From contig JAKALV010000002.1 in the NCBI GenBank assembly GCA_021824055.1, positions 1 to 34,369 of the forward strand: a stretch of DNA of 34,369 nucleotides, in the 5' to 3' direction. Positions 8,527-18,406 of this stretch are shown in pieces (the first letter of the stretch is position 1; the number at the start of each line of letters is the position of its first letter). The DNA is from Acidobacteriota bacterium (GTDB lineage: Bacteria > Acidobacteriota > Vicinamibacteria > Vicinamibacterales > SCN-69-37). A program made the translations under genes and the position numbers. The notes under the pieces were generated by a model, which was not told the DNA's origin, ran no database searches, and saw only the letters and a list, made by a program, of their open reading frames with translations.

Positions 8527-10077
8527 TCAGTTCCTCATGCCTTCGCGAAGCGCCGACTGGCGCCACGCACCTGCGCCACCCGCACCACCTGCGCCACCTG
8601 CACCACCTGCGCCACCTGCCCCCGTCACCGCGCGATGCGCGCGGAACCAGGACATCAGCGCCACGGCGGCAATCGCGGCGCGCTCGGTGGCCGCGTCGGC
8701 CACGGCGAAGACCTGCCCCTTGCGCGTGGCGAGCAAGTGGTCGAGATAGGTCGTGTCGAACCGCCCCTGCAGGAAATCCTCCTGCGCGGTCAGCCACTGG
8801 AAGAACGGCGTGGTCGTCTTCACGCCGACGACGCGGTATTCGTCGAGGGCGCGCCGCATGCGGGCGATGGCGTCGGACCGCGTGTCGCCCCACGTGACGA
8901 GCTTCGCGATCATCGAATCGTAGAAGACGGGAATCTCGAACCCCGCGGCCACGCCGCGATCATCGCGGACGCCCGGGCCGCTCGGCGTGCTGATGGCGCG
9001 GACCAGCCCCGGCGAGGGCATGAAGCCGCGGTCGGGATCTTCCGCGTAGATGCGGCACTCGATGGCATGCGTGCGCGGCGTCAGCGCCTGCGCCGGATCG
9101 ATCGTCAGTTTCTCGCCGAGGGCGATGCGCAACTGCCAGTGCACCAGATCGATGCCGGTCACCTGCTCGGTGACGGGATGCTCCACCTGGAGACGCGTGT
9201 TCATCTCGAGGAAGTAGAACTTCCCGTCCTCGTCGAGCAGAAACTCGATGGTGCCGGCGCTGGTGTAGCCCACCGAGCGGGCGACGAGCGCCGCGCAGTC
9301 CGCCATCGCCTTCCGCTTGGCGGCCGTGAGCGCGATCGACGGTGACTCTTCGACCACCTTCTGATGGCGGCGCTGGATGGAGCACTCGCGCTCGACGAAC
9401 GGGATCACGGTGCCGTGATGATCGCCGAGCAGCTGGATCTCGATGTGGCGCGGCTTGACAATGCGCCGTTCGAGGTACACCGCGCTGTCGCCGAATGCCG
9501 AGCCGGCTTCGGACCGGGCGGTGCGGATCGCGGAAAGCAGCTCCGCGGGGGTGGCCACGGTGCGCATGCCCTTGCCGCCGCCGCCCGCCACCGCCTTCAC
9601 CACGAGCGGGTACCCGATCCGCGCGGCTTCCATCGTCATCTCGGCGTCCGACGCATCGTCGCCGAACGGGGCCTGGGTACCGGGCACGACCGGCACGCCG
9701 GCGGCGATGGCCGCCTGGCGCGCGGCGGTCTTGCTGCCCATCAGCGCGATCACGGCCGGCGTGGGACCGACGAACGTGAGGCCGGCGTCCACGCACGCCT
9801 GGCCGAACGCTTCGTTCTCGGCGAGAAAGCCGTACCCGGGATGCACGAGGGTGGCGCCCGACCGCTTCGCCACGTCGATGATCTTGTCGATGCGAAGGTA
9901 GCTCTTCGACGCGGGACTCGGCCCGATGTGAAATGCCTCGTCGGCAAGGCGCACGTGCAGCGCGTTGCGGTCGCAGTCCGAATACACCGCGACCGTGCCG
10001 AAGCCGAGTTCCTTGCAGGCCCGCATGACACGGACGGCGATCTCGCCGCGATTGGCAATGAGGACTTTCATGTTCAT
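8527..10077 (-). CDS. accC: Biotin carboxylase subunit of acetyl/propionyl-CoA carboxylase, with a C-terminal extension
   Basis: The N-terminus 'MKVLIANRGEIAVRVMRACKELG' is followed by an ATP-grasp core, 'EMNTRLQVEHPVTE'. Start is the ATG at 10077 or the second ATG at 10071. The first ATG shares one nt with the stop of the upstream nuclease gene. Confidence 0.92.
   Translation of the reverse strand: MNMKVLIANRGEIAVRVMRACKELGFGTVAVYSDCDRNALHVRLADEAFHIGPSPASKSYLRIDKIIDVAKRSGATLVHPGYGFLAENEAFGQACVDAGLTFVGPTPAVIALMGSKTAARQAAIAAGVPVVPGTQAPFGDDASDAEMTMEAARIGYPLVVKAVAGGGGKGMRTVATPAELLSAIRTARSEAGSAFGDSAVYLERRIVKPRHIEIQLLGDHHGTVIPFVERECSIQRRHQKVVEESPSIALTAAKRKAMADCAALVARSVGYTSAGTIEFLLDEDGKFYFLEMNTRLQVEHPVTEQVTGIDLVHWQLRIALGEKLTIDPAQALTPRTHAIECRIYAEDPDRGFMPSPGLVRAISTPSGPGVRDDRGVAAGFEIPVFYDSMIAKLVTWGDTRSDAIARMRRALDEYRVVGVKTTTPFFQWLTAQEDFLQGRFDTTYLDHLLATRKGQVFAVADAATERAAIAAVALMSWFRAHRAVTGAGGAGGAGGAGGAGGAGAWRQSALREGMRN
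8566..8622. repeat. 9-nt tandem repeat (GGY-GCR-GGT) x6 encoding (GAG)n near the accC 3' end
   Basis: It translates to GAGGAGGAGGAGGAGGAGA. The plus strand reads gcgccacctgcaccacct repeated. Confidence 0.85.
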
Positions 10078-11180
10078 CAGAATTGTGTCCCCACAAGGGA
10101 CGGAAAGGGTTCCACCGTAAGCATCTCTTTGAGATTGGAGATAGAAAACACGCGGCCGTCAGTATCTCTGACCACCGGGCCGAGAGCGTCGGAAGTCCTG
10201 GCCCAGCCGATCCCGCCGAGCACCGCAAACAAAGGAACACCGCCAAGTCGTGTTGCTTCCGATCGAAGTGAGCGGAACCGGGCCGCCTTGTCCCGCGCCG
10301 TCCCGCCATCATTCGCGGCTTTGCACTCAAGCACGGCCCTCAGCACTCCGTTCTTGTCAAACATCACGAAGTCCGGCGCTGGCTTGACTGTCAGGCCAAA
10401 GCGTCGGGCAATCTCCTCCTGATTGTGGGAGCCAGTCCGAAAGAAGGGGATGTCAAACTCTTCGAGAAGAGCTCCAACGGCATCTTCAATGACGTCACCT
10501 CTCTTTGAGCTTGTTGCATCAAGAAGTTGTCGGAACGAACCGCCGTACAGTCGCTGATGGAGAAACAGGGCGAGCGGAACACCGTGCGTAGCGAGATCCT
10601 GGACTGTCGCCCATCCGTCCTCGGTATCCGGCTTGTTGGTCTTCAGTCTGAATCCCTCAATCGCTGACGGCGCGAACAACTGTCCGAGCATCGCCTTGCT
10701 TACCACCGCTGCGCAGGTCCTGGCGACGGCGCTCTTCGGCTGTCTCCCTGACTCAATCGAACGAATCACCGCCATCGAAACTGGGGCATCACCGGAAACA
10801 ACTCCGAACGCCTCTGTGGCTGCCGAAAATTCTGCTGCCGTAAACCCCAATAGGACACGAAACACCTTGAGCGTCTTGGGATGATTCTGAATCGAGGCTT
10901 CCAAATCAGATTCAGCTGTGGAGGCGAAGCCATTGGTGGAAGAGAAGGCTTCGTCGTACGCCTTCTGAAAGGGCGCGAGCTCATATTCATCGCGCCAATG
11001 AACATAGGCAAAGTCGGGAGCCAGACTTCGCACATAGACACGCTTCGCGACTGCAGAGTAGATTTCTTGATGGACCGATGTTCCGAACTGCTCAGGAACG
11101 AGTCTGATGGACGCTACGCGAGCCTCCCAATTCGGGGCTTGGGCGATCGTCTCGACGACTTCTTCGATAGTCTTCTCCAC
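10077..11180 (-). CDS. Candidate Type II restriction endonuclease (PD-(D/E)XK motif), family not recognised
   Basis: 367 aa. The C-terminal half contains 'APDFVMFDKNGVLRAVLECKAANDGG' (PD...ExK). The GTG start is 3 nt after the methyltransferase stop. Codon usage is visibly more A/T-rich than the flanking genes. Confidence 0.55.
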   Translation of the reverse strand: MEKTIEEVVETIAQAPNWEARVASIRLVPEQFGTSVHQEIYSAVAKRVYVRSLAPDFAYVHWRDEYELAPFQKAYDEAFSSTNGFASTAESDLEASIQNHPKTLKVFRVLLGFTAAEFSAATEAFGVVSGDAPVSMAVIRSIESGRQPKSAVARTCAAVVSKAMLGQLFAPSAIEGFRLKTNKPDTEDGWATVQDLATHGVPLALFLHQRLYGGSFRQLLDATSSKRGDVIEDAVGALLEEFDIPFFRTGSHNQEEIARRFGLTVKPAPDFVMFDKNGVLRAVLECKAANDGGTARDKAARFRSLRSEATRLGGVPLFAVLGGIGWARTSDALGPVVRDTDGRVFSISNLKEMLTVEPFPSLVGTQF

Positions 11181-11183
11181 AGA

Positions 11184-12092
11184 TCAGCGCCCGGTCTGCA
11201 GTCGATCCGGCAGGACAGAAGCGTATTGCGCACTGATCTCCGTCAGGACCCAGCGTCTTTCCAGCGACTCGGCCGCCACGGCGGTCGAACCTGTGCCGCC
11301 GAAGGGATCAAACACCGTTTGTCCGGGACTCGTTAGCAGCTGAATGAAGAATCTCGGAAGACCGACGGGGAATCTCGCCGGATGTAGCGTCGGATTCGGG
11401 CTGAATTCGGGCTCGAGTTGGATGAGGGTCGATGGACGAACGAGATCTGGACCAGCCTGGACACGTTTTCGACCCTGTCCGGATGGCTCATTGACGCGGA
11501 TGTAGTTGTGCGCGAGTCGCTTCCTTCGCTCGCGGTCCTTGGCGTCCCAGCGGGCTGGTTTGAGGCAATGCTCCGGAAAGAACTGCCAACCCGGCGTCTT
11601 GGCAAACTGAAAGCAGTACTCGACAGCATCCTTTAGGAATCTGTTAAACCGCCCAGGCGGCGGAGAGGGCTTGCCCCAGATGAAGTCCTCGCAGAAGAGG
11701 TAGCCCTGCTCTCGCAGCCAGAACACGAGCTCGTATTGAAGCAGCCCGCGCTCGCCGCCATGCCGCTTGGACCGATAGTTCAGCACGAAGCTCCCGTGTG
11801 GTTTGAGCTTCTTGAGCAATTCGGACGTCACATCAAGAAAGAAGCCCTTATACCAAAGTCGATCATAACGTTCTCCATCGCCGTACTTCGGCTGCCCATC
11901 ATAGGGAGGCGAAGTAATGATGAGGTCGAGGCTCTCATCGGGAATGGACCGAATGATGGGAAGACAGTCTCCGACAAAGAGCGCACCAAGCTCAGTGCGG
12001 AATGCAGGCTTCAGCCCACCGAACTCCGGTTTCCCAGATCGGCTGAATGAATTTGCATACGCAAGCTTGGCCTTGGATCTTGGGGCCGTCAT
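11184..12092 (-). CDS. Beta-class DNA methyltransferase (N4-cytosine or N6-adenine; the SPPY motif favours N4-cytosine)
   Basis: Motif IV 'DLIITSPPYDGQ' precedes motif I 'VFDPFGGTGSTAVAAE', which is the beta-class order. The ATG at 12092 is preferred because it is preceded by ggaagaaagtgga. The track ORF begins at a TTG at 12110. Confidence 0.85.
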   Translation of the reverse strand: MTAPRSKAKLAYANSFSRSGKPEFGGLKPAFRTELGALFVGDCLPIIRSIPDESLDLIITSPPYDGQPKYGDGERYDRLWYKGFFLDVTSELLKKLKPHGSFVLNYRSKRHGGERGLLQYELVFWLREQGYLFCEDFIWGKPSPPPGRFNRFLKDAVEYCFQFAKTPGWQFFPEHCLKPARWDAKDRERRKRLAHNYIRVNEPSGQGRKRVQAGPDLVRPSTLIQLEPEFSPNPTLHPARFPVGLPRFFIQLLTSPGQTVFDPFGGTGSTAVAAESLERRWVLTEISAQYASVLPDRLQTGR

Positions 12093-12183
12093 TTGTCCAC
12101 TTTCTTCCAATCTCGCGCAAAGTTACCAGAATCAGTACGCTCAGAACAGCTGACTCGGAAATTCCAGCATGACCGGCCCGGCC

Positions 12184-13725
12184 TCACAGGGGAATGTTTC
12201 CGTGCTTTTTCGGCGGATTCTTCTCGCGCTTGTTGGCGGTGCTGGCGAGGGCGGCGATCAGCTTGGTGCGGGTTTCGCGCGGCCGAATCACCTCGTCGAT
12301 GAACCCGCGCGAGGCCGCCACGAACGGATTCGCGAACTTCTCGCGAAACTCGGCGGTCTTCTCCGCGCGGAACGCCGCCGGATCCGGCGCCTGCTCGATC
12401 TCGCGCCGGTACAACACGTTGACCGCGCCTTCCGAGCCCATGACGGCGATCTCGGCCTGCGGGTACGCATAGTTGAAGTCGGTCCGCAGGTGCTTGCTCG
12501 CCATCACGCAGTACGCCCCGCCGTACGCCTTGCGCGTGATCAGCGTGATCTTCGGCACGGTGGCTTCGGCGAACGCGTAGAGCAGCTTGGCGCCATGGCG
12601 GATGATCCCGCCGTGTTCTTGCCGCACGCCCGGCAGAAACCCCGGCACGTCCTCGAAGACGATCAGCGGAATGTTGAACGCGTCGCAGAAGCGCACGAAA
12701 CGCGCGCCCTTGACGGACGCGTCGATATCCAGGCATCCGGCCAGCACCGACGGCTGGTTCGCGACGATGCCCACGGATTTGCCGCCCAGGTGCGCGAAGC
12801 CGACGATGATGTTGAGCGCGTAGTGCTGATGCACTTCGAGGAACGCGCCGTCGTCGACGACGGTGCGGATCAGGTCGTGCATGTCATACGGCTGATTGGG
12901 CTGGTCGGGAATGAGCGCGTCGAGCGCGACGTCCTCGCGGTCGAGCGGATCCGAGGTTTCGCGCGCGGGCGGCTCGTCGAGATTATTCGACGGCAGATAG
13001 CCGAGCAGATCGCGGATCGCGCGGATGCACCCGCGGTCGTCGTCGGCCATGAAATGCGCGACGCCGCTCGTGGCGTTGTGCGCCATCGCGCCGCCGAGAT
13101 CTTCCTTGGTGACGTCTTCGTGCGTGACGGTCTTGATCACGTCGGGCCCGGTCACGAACATGTAGCTCGAGCCCTCGACCATGATGTTGAAGTCCGTGAT
13201 CGCCGGCGAGTACACGGCGCCGCCGGCGCACGGTCCCATGATCGCGGAGATCTGCGGGATGACGCCCGACGCGAGCGTGTTGAGCAGGAAGATGTCGGCG
13301 TAGCCGCCGAGCGAGAGGACCCCTTCCTGAATGCGGGCCCCGCCGGAGTCGTTCAGGCCCACCATCGGCGCGCCCATTTTCATCGCCAGCTCCATCACCT
13401 TGACGATCTTCTCGGCGTTGGTCTCCGACAGCGACCCGCCGAACACCGTGAAGTCCTGGGCAAACGCGTAGACCGGACGGCCGTCGACGCGCCCATGGCC
13501 GGCGATGACGCCGTCGCCGGGAATGAGCTGTTCGTCCATCCCGAAGTCGCGGCAGCGATGCGTGACGAGCTTGTCGGTCTCCTCGAACGTGCCCGGATCG
13601 AACAGCAGCTCGATCCGCTCCCGCGCGGACAGCTTGCCCGCGTCGCGCTGGCGCTTCAGCCGGTCCTCGCCGCCGCCCAGCTCGGCCTGGCGCTCGAGCG
13701 CTTCCAGTTGCTTGAGGTGATCCAT
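12184..13725 (-). CDS. Acyl-CoA carboxylase carboxyltransferase (beta) subunit, PccB / methylmalonyl-CoA carboxyltransferase 12S-like
   Basis: The protein starting '[49 protein letters not shown]...' is typical of the family. The ATG at 13725 overlaps the transaldolase TAA (TAATG). The upstream 107 codons of the track ORF lie inside the tal gene. Confidence 0.9.
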   Translation of the reverse strand: MDHLKQLEALERQAELGGGEDRLKRQRDAGKLSARERIELLFDPGTFEETDKLVTHRCRDFGMDEQLIPGDGVIAGHGRVDGRPVYAFAQDFTVFGGSLSETNAEKIVKVMELAMKMGAPMVGLNDSGGARIQEGVLSLGGYADIFLLNTLASGVIPQISAIMGPCAGGAVYSPAITDFNIMVEGSSYMFVTGPDVIKTVTHEDVTKEDLGGAMAHNATSGVAHFMADDDRGCIRAIRDLLGYLPSNNLDEPPARETSDPLDREDVALDALIPDQPNQPYDMHDLIRTVVDDGAFLEVHQHYALNIIVGFAHLGGKSVGIVANQPSVLAGCLDIDASVKGARFVRFCDAFNIPLIVFEDVPGFLPGVRQEHGGIIRHGAKLLYAFAEATVPKITLITRKAYGGAYCVMASKHLRTDFNYAYPQAEIAVMGSEGAVNVLYRREIEQAPDPAAFRAEKTAEFREKFANPFVAASRGFIDEVIRPRETRTKLIAALASTANKREKNPPKKHGNIPL

Positions 13726-14369
13726 TACTTCTTCGCCGCCGCCCAATCCTTGAGGAACTTCTCGAGGCCGATGTCGGTCAGCGGATGCTTGAAGCACGCC
13801 TCGATTACCGACGCCGGGCACGTGCAGATGTCGGCGCCCATGCGCGCGGCCTCGACCACGTGCATCGGTCCGCGCACGCTCGCCACGAGCACCTCGGTGG
13901 CGTAGTCGTAGTTGCGGTAGATGTCGACGATCTGCTGGACCAGCCCCATCCCGTCGGTGGCGATGTCGTCGAGCCGGCCGATAAACGGGCTGATGTACGA
14001 CGCGCCGACCTTGGCCGCGATCAGCGCCTGCGTCGGCGAAAAGCACAACGTCACGTTGACCTTGATGCCCTCATCGGCCAGCGTCTTCACCGCCTTGACG
14101 CCCTCGCGCGTAAACGGCACCTTCACCACGATGTGCTCGTCGAAGGCGGCCCAGTCGCGGCCTTCGGCGATCATGCCGGGCGCGTCGGTCGCGATGACCT
14201 CGGCGCTCACCGGGCCCTTCACCAGCTGGCAGATCTGTTTGATGATCTTGCGCGGATCGCCGCCCTCCTTCGCCATCAGCGTGGGATTCGTGGTCACGCC
14301 GTCGACGATGCCGAGGGGCATGAGCGACTCGATGTCCTTGATGCTGCCGGTATCCACAAAAAATTTCAT
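13725..14369 (-). CDS. tal: Transaldolase / fructose-6-phosphate aldolase (short subfamily 3B)
   Basis: 214 aa, '[16 protein letters not shown]...GVTTNPTL...VKVP...[10 protein letters not shown]', a classic short transaldolase. Confidence 0.9.
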   Translation of the reverse strand: MKFFVDTGSIKDIESLMPLGIVDGVTTNPTLMAKEGGDPRKIIKQICQLVKGPVSAEVIATDAPGMIAEGRDWAAFDEHIVVKVPFTREGVKAVKTLADEGIKVNVTLCFSPTQALIAAKVGASYISPFIGRLDDIATDGMGLVQQIVDIYRNYDYATEVLVASVRGPMHVVEAARMGADICTCPASVIEACFKHPLTDIGLEKFLKDWAAAKK

Positions 14370-14371
14370 GA

Positions 14372-15133
14372 TCAGCCTCGCGCGACGACCGTGTTGGTCA
14401 GCGCGCCAATACCTTCAACGTGAATGGTGACCGAGTCGCCGGGAACGATCGGACCAATGCCCGACGGCGTCCCGGTGGAGATGATGTCGCCCGGCAGCAG
14501 CGTCATGACCGACGTGATGAACGTGACCAGTTCGGGAATCGTGAAGATGAGCTCGCGCGTACGCGAATCCTGCCGGAGGTGGCCGTTCACATACCCTCGA
14601 ACCTGCAGATCGTGCCCGTCGAGGCCCACGGCGATGCACGGGCCCACCGGCGCGAACGTGTCGAATCCCTTGCACCGCGTGTACTGCCCATCCTTATTTT
14701 GAAGATCGCGCGCGGTCACGTCGTTGACGCACGTGAGCCCGAGAATAAATTCGTGCGCCCGGCCGAGCGGCACCGCCGTGGCGCGCTTGCCGATCACGAT
14801 GCCCAGCTCGGCTTCGTGATCGATGCGGCCGGCCCACATCGGGCTTTCGATGGCGGCGCCCGGACCGATCACGGCGGTGGACGGCTTGATGAACAGGAGC
14901 GGCTCGGGCGGCAGCGGCTTGCCCTGCTCGATGGCGTGATCCCGGTAGTTGAGCCCGACGCAGACGATCTTCGAGGGCAACACGGGCGCCAGAAACTCCA
15001 GGCCCTCCGGTTGGATGGCGGCGCCTTCGGTGAACGCGCCGAAGAGGTCGCCCTCGACGAGGCGCCACTGGCCTTCGCGCTCCGACACGTAGCGCGTGCC
15101 GGCCCCCTCCTGAATTCGATACACACGCATCAT
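14372..15133 (-). CDS. Fumarylacetoacetate hydrolase (FAH) family protein
   Basis: 253 aa, '[15 protein letters not shown]...[13 protein letters not shown]...[11 protein letters not shown]...[13 protein letters not shown]'. Confidence 0.85.
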   Translation of the reverse strand: MMRVYRIQEGAGTRYVSEREGQWRLVEGDLFGAFTEGAAIQPEGLEFLAPVLPSKIVCVGLNYRDHAIEQGKPLPPEPLLFIKPSTAVIGPGAAIESPMWAGRIDHEAELGIVIGKRATAVPLGRAHEFILGLTCVNDVTARDLQNKDGQYTRCKGFDTFAPVGPCIAVGLDGHDLQVRGYVNGHLRQDSRTRELIFTIPELVTFITSVMTLLPGDIISTGTPSGIGPIVPGDSVTIHVEGIGALTNTVVARG

Positions 15134-15136
15134 CGT

Positions 15137-16378
15137 CTAGCGTCCTGTCTCTTCCACGCGATTCGATTCCTTGCTGCGATTGGCCGGCACCGCGTTGTCG
15201 ACCGCGACCACCGCGTAAATGTACCGTGTGCCCGCGCGGGCCGTCGTATCCGTGAACGACGTCCCGGTCACCGGTGTGGCGGACAGCGGCTGCAGTTTCT
15301 CACCCGTGCCCTCGCCGCGCAAGACGAGGTAGCCGGCCAGATCCGCCGCGGTCACCCCGTCCCACGTGAGCGTCATCGATCCCGTCGCGGCAAACGCGAT
15401 CAGGCCGGATGGCGCCGGCGGCGGGAACGTGTCGACCGGCGTGACGCACGCCGCGTTGACCGGCGCGCTCTCGAGCGAAATCGGACCGAGCGGCGCCGCC
15501 TTCACGCCGCGCACCTGCAGGCACACAGGCTTGCCGAACACCACCGGCTGCGTGAACGTGGTGACCGCGAGCGGCGTGAGCGTCAGGGGTTTCGCCGTCT
15601 CAGTGAGCGGCGGCGTGGCGTCGTACACATGGAATGTCTCGCCGTCCTCGCCCGTCACCCAGGTCAGCGTCACGGTCGTCTCGTCGTACGTGAGCGTGGC
15701 CTGCTGCGGCGCGACGGGCACGGCGCCAATGGGCACGGGCAGGAGATCCGACACCGCGCCCACGCGCTTGCGGTTCGCGTAGGGCACGATCACGTAGAAC
15801 CGCGTCGTCACGGCCAATCCCGGAATGACGGGTGGCGTCGCCGTTGCGCCGGCCGCCGCCGGACTAGTGGCCGTCACGGGTGGGACGGTCGGCACGGGAA
15901 CCGCGGTCGGCACCGGCTTCAGCGGCGCCGCCGGTGGTGCGGGCGGCGCCGTGGTGTCCATCGCCACTTTCTCCACAAAGACCAGCGGTCGGGCCACCGG
16001 CGGCTCGTCGGGCGCAGCCGTCGCATCGGCTGTCGCCGGCTTTGGCGCAGGCGGCGCCTGCTTGCCCAGCTCGCCCACCCGGTTCTTCGGCTGCACCACC
16101 TTGCTGGGGTCCGGCGACAGCTTTCCGGCGGAGACGGTCAGCGCGTAGATCTCGGCCCGGTCGAACAGCACCGGCTCGGTTCCATCCATGTTCTTGATCG
16201 GCGTGCTGAACCGCACGATCACCGAGTCCTCGCGGCGCACCACGGTGACGTCGGTCACGGGACCCGGCGCGGGGCGCAGCGGCGGGAGCGGCGGCCCGCG
16301 CTTGCCGCAGGCCGGCGCCACCACGACGAGCACGCCCAGGAGCAGCAGACGGAGCGGCAGGGGGGACAGTCGGCTCAC
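15137..16378 (-). CDS. Probable lipoprotein with a Pro/Ala-rich linker and Fn3-like beta domains
   Basis: The N-terminus is '[28 protein letters not shown]'. A central PAPT-rich low-complexity stretch is followed by the C-terminal segment '[20 protein letters not shown]...[22 protein letters not shown]', which looks like fibronectin type III. The GTG start overlaps the hslU stop (GTGA). Confidence 0.6.
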   Translation of the reverse strand: MSRLSPLPLRLLLLGVLVVVAPACGKRGPPLPPLRPAPGPVTDVTVVRREDSVIVRFSTPIKNMDGTEPVLFDRAEIYALTVSAGKLSPDPSKVVQPKNRVGELGKQAPPAPKPATADATAAPDEPPVARPLVFVEKVAMDTTAPPAPPAAPLKPVPTAVPVPTVPPVTATSPAAAGATATPPVIPGLAVTTRFYVIVPYANRKRVGAVSDLLPVPIGAVPVAPQQATLTYDETTVTLTWVTGEDGETFHVYDATPPLTETAKPLTLTPLAVTTFTQPVVFGKPVCLQVRGVKAAPLGPISLESAPVNAACVTPVDTFPPPAPSGLIAFAATGSMTLTWDGVTAADLAGYLVLRGEGTGEKLQPLSATPVTGTSFTDTTARAGTRYIYAVVAVDNAVPANRSKESNRVEETGR

Positions 16379-17742
16379 AGGATGTACCGCGACAGATCGT
16401 CGCTCTTCACGATGTCGGCAAGCATGCGATCCACATAGGCCGTGTCGATCGTAATCGATTGCCCCGGCAGTTCCGATGCGTGAAACGACACCTCGTCGAG
16501 CAGCCGCTCCATCATGGTGTGCAGCCGCCGCGCGCCGATGTTCTCCATGCGATCGTTGACCACGGCCGCCAGCTCGGCGACCCGGCTGATGGCGTCGCTC
16601 GTGAACACGAGGGTCAGGCCTTCGGTCGCCATCAGCGCGATGTACTGGCTGATCAACGCGTTCTTCGGCTCGGTCAGGATGCGCACAAAGTCGTCGCGGC
16701 CGAGCGCGTCGAGTTCCACGCGGATGGGGAACCGGCCCTGGAGTTCGGGGATCAGGTCGGACGGCTTCGACGTATGAAACGCCCCGGCCGCCACGAACAG
16801 GATGTGATCGGTCTTCACCATGCCGTGCTTGGTGTTCACGGTCGTGCCTTCCACGATCGGCAGCAGATCCCGCTGCACGCCGCCGCGGCTGATGTCCGGC
16901 CCGCTGCCGCCGTCGCGCCCCGCGATCTTGTCGATTTCGTCAATGAAGATGATGCCGCTCTGCTCCACGCGCTCGATCGCGGCCTTCATCACGCCGTCCA
17001 TGTCGATCAGCTTCTGCGCTTCTTCCTGCGCCAGGATGTCGAGCGCCTCGGGCACCGGCACCTTGCGGCGCTTGTTCCGGCTCTGAAACATGCCCGGGAG
17101 CATGTCGCGCAGGTTGACGCCGATCTCCTCGATGTTCGATCCCGACACGAGCTCGAACGACGGCGTCGAACGCTCGCGCACGTCCACTTCCACCATGCGC
17201 GCGTCGAGCTTGCCCGCCTTCAATTGATCGCGCAACTTCTCGCGCGTGGATACCGCGTGATCGCGCGCCATCTGCGCCTCGGTCGAACCCTCCCCCAACG
17301 GCGAGACCGCCGCGTCGGGCGACGCCGATCCCGGGGACGGCGGCAGCAGCAGATCCAGCAGCCGCTCCTCCGCGGCCTGGCGGGCGCGCTCGCGCACCTC
17401 GGCCTCGCGCTCCTCGCGCAGCATCTTGACCGCGATCTCGACCAGGTCGCGCACCATGGACTCGACATCGCGGCCGACGTAGCCGACTTCCGTGAACTTC
17501 GAGGCCTCCACTTTGACAAAGGGCGACTGCGCGAGCTTGGCGAGCCGCCGCGCGATCTCGGTCTTGCCGACGCCCGTGGGGCCGATCATCAGAATGTTCT
17601 TCGGCGCAACGTCTTCGGCCATGTCGGCCGGCAGCCGCTGGCGCCGGTAGCGATTGCGGAGCGCGATCGCCATCGCGCGCTTGGCCTTGCCCTGACCGAC
17701 GACGTACTTGTCGAGTTCGGCGACGATCTCGCGCGGCGTCAC
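16375..17742 (-). CDS. hslU: ATP-dependent protease ATPase subunit HslU
   Basis: '[35 protein letters not shown]', Walker A '[15 protein letters not shown]', and the C-terminus 'DDLSRYIL'. Confidence 0.95.
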   Translation of the reverse strand: MTPREIVAELDKYVVGQGKAKRAMAIALRNRYRRQRLPADMAEDVAPKNILMIGPTGVGKTEIARRLAKLAQSPFVKVEASKFTEVGYVGRDVESMVRDLVEIAVKMLREEREAEVRERARQAAEERLLDLLLPPSPGSASPDAAVSPLGEGSTEAQMARDHAVSTREKLRDQLKAGKLDARMVEVDVRERSTPSFELVSGSNIEEIGVNLRDMLPGMFQSRNKRRKVPVPEALDILAQEEAQKLIDMDGVMKAAIERVEQSGIIFIDEIDKIAGRDGGSGPDISRGGVQRDLLPIVEGTTVNTKHGMVKTDHILFVAAGAFHTSKPSDLIPELQGRFPIRVELDALGRDDFVRILTEPKNALISQYIALMATEGLTLVFTSDAISRVAELAAVVNDRMENIGARRLHTMMERLLDEVSFHASELPGQSITIDTAYVDRMLADIVKSDDLSRYIL

Positions 17743-18269
17743 GGCAGCGATTCCAGCGTCACGGTGTGGTTGGTGTACACGCAGATGTCCGCGGCAATCG
17801 CCATCGCCCGTTCGACGACGGCGCGCGTGTCGAGCGGGCTGTGCGCCACCAGCGCCCGCGCGGCGGCCATGGCAAACGCGCCGCCCGATCCGATGCCCAT
17901 GATCCCATCGTCGGGCTCGATCAGATCGCCGGTGCCGGACAGCAGAAACATGAACCGCTCGTCGGCCACGAGCAACATCGCTTCCAGGCGGCGCAGCGCG
18001 CGGTCGGTGCGCCAGTCTTTCGCCAGCTCGACCGACGCGCGCTCGAGCTGGCCGCGATGCTCTTCCAGCTTCGCTTCGAATCGCGCGTACAACGCAAACC
18101 CGTCAGCGGCCGATCCGGCAAAGCCCGCCAGCACTTTGTCGTGATACAGGCGCCGCACTTTCCGCGCGCCGTGCTTGACGACGGTCTGGCCGAGCGTGAC
18201 CTGGCCGTCACTGGCCATGACCACGGTGCCCTGATGCCGAACCGCCAGCACTGTCGTCGCATGAACCAT
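17739..18269 (-). CDS. hslV: ATP-dependent protease subunit HslV
   Basis: '[27 protein letters not shown]' carries the N-terminal Thr nucleophile motif. Its stop overlaps the hslU GTG start. Confidence 0.95.
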   Translation of the reverse strand: MVHATTVLAVRHQGTVVMASDGQVTLGQTVVKHGARKVRRLYHDKVLAGFAGSAADGFALYARFEAKLEEHRGQLERASVELAKDWRTDRALRRLEAMLLVADERFMFLLSGTGDLIEPDDGIMGIGSGGAFAMAAARALVAHSPLDTRAVVERAMAIAADICVYTNHTVTLESLP

Positions 18270-18365
18270 GGAGGGATTGTGTCAAACGTCCGCCCCCGAG
18301 GCCAGCACGCGAGGACACAATCACGGATTTCGGGCGAAATTGACCAGTTTTCGCCGCCGGGCTGG

Positions 18366-18381
18366 TGGCAGTAGAGTTGCA
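18366..18381 (+). promoter_or_regulatory. Putative sigma54 (-24/-12) promoter
   Basis: TGGCAGTAGAGTTGCA matches TGGCACG-N4-TTGCW with exact GG..GC spacing. It lies about 26 nt upstream of the ATG at 18407. A ggagaagga RBS sits in between. Confidence 0.6.
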
Positions 18382-18406
18382 CTGACGGATGTCTGGAGAA
18401 GGACCT

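Noticed and set aside
3883-9345. 1820-aa plus-strand ORF, together with similar long ORFs at 1673..3958, 12169..13905, 14420..16438, 16459..18144, 23339..24760 (-), 25422..26687 (-), 26760..27785 (-) and 22448..23194 (-)
   Set aside because: These are antisense shadow ORFs typical of high-GC DNA. Their products are Arg/Ala/Gly/His-rich with no recognisable motifs. Each is fully covered by a clearly recognisable gene on the opposite strand.
13726-14046. 107-codon N-terminal extension of the carboxyltransferase ORF in the track
   Set aside because: The extension is Arg/Gly-rich nonsense lying inside the transaldolase gene. The conserved protein begins at the ATG at 13725, which overlaps the tal stop.
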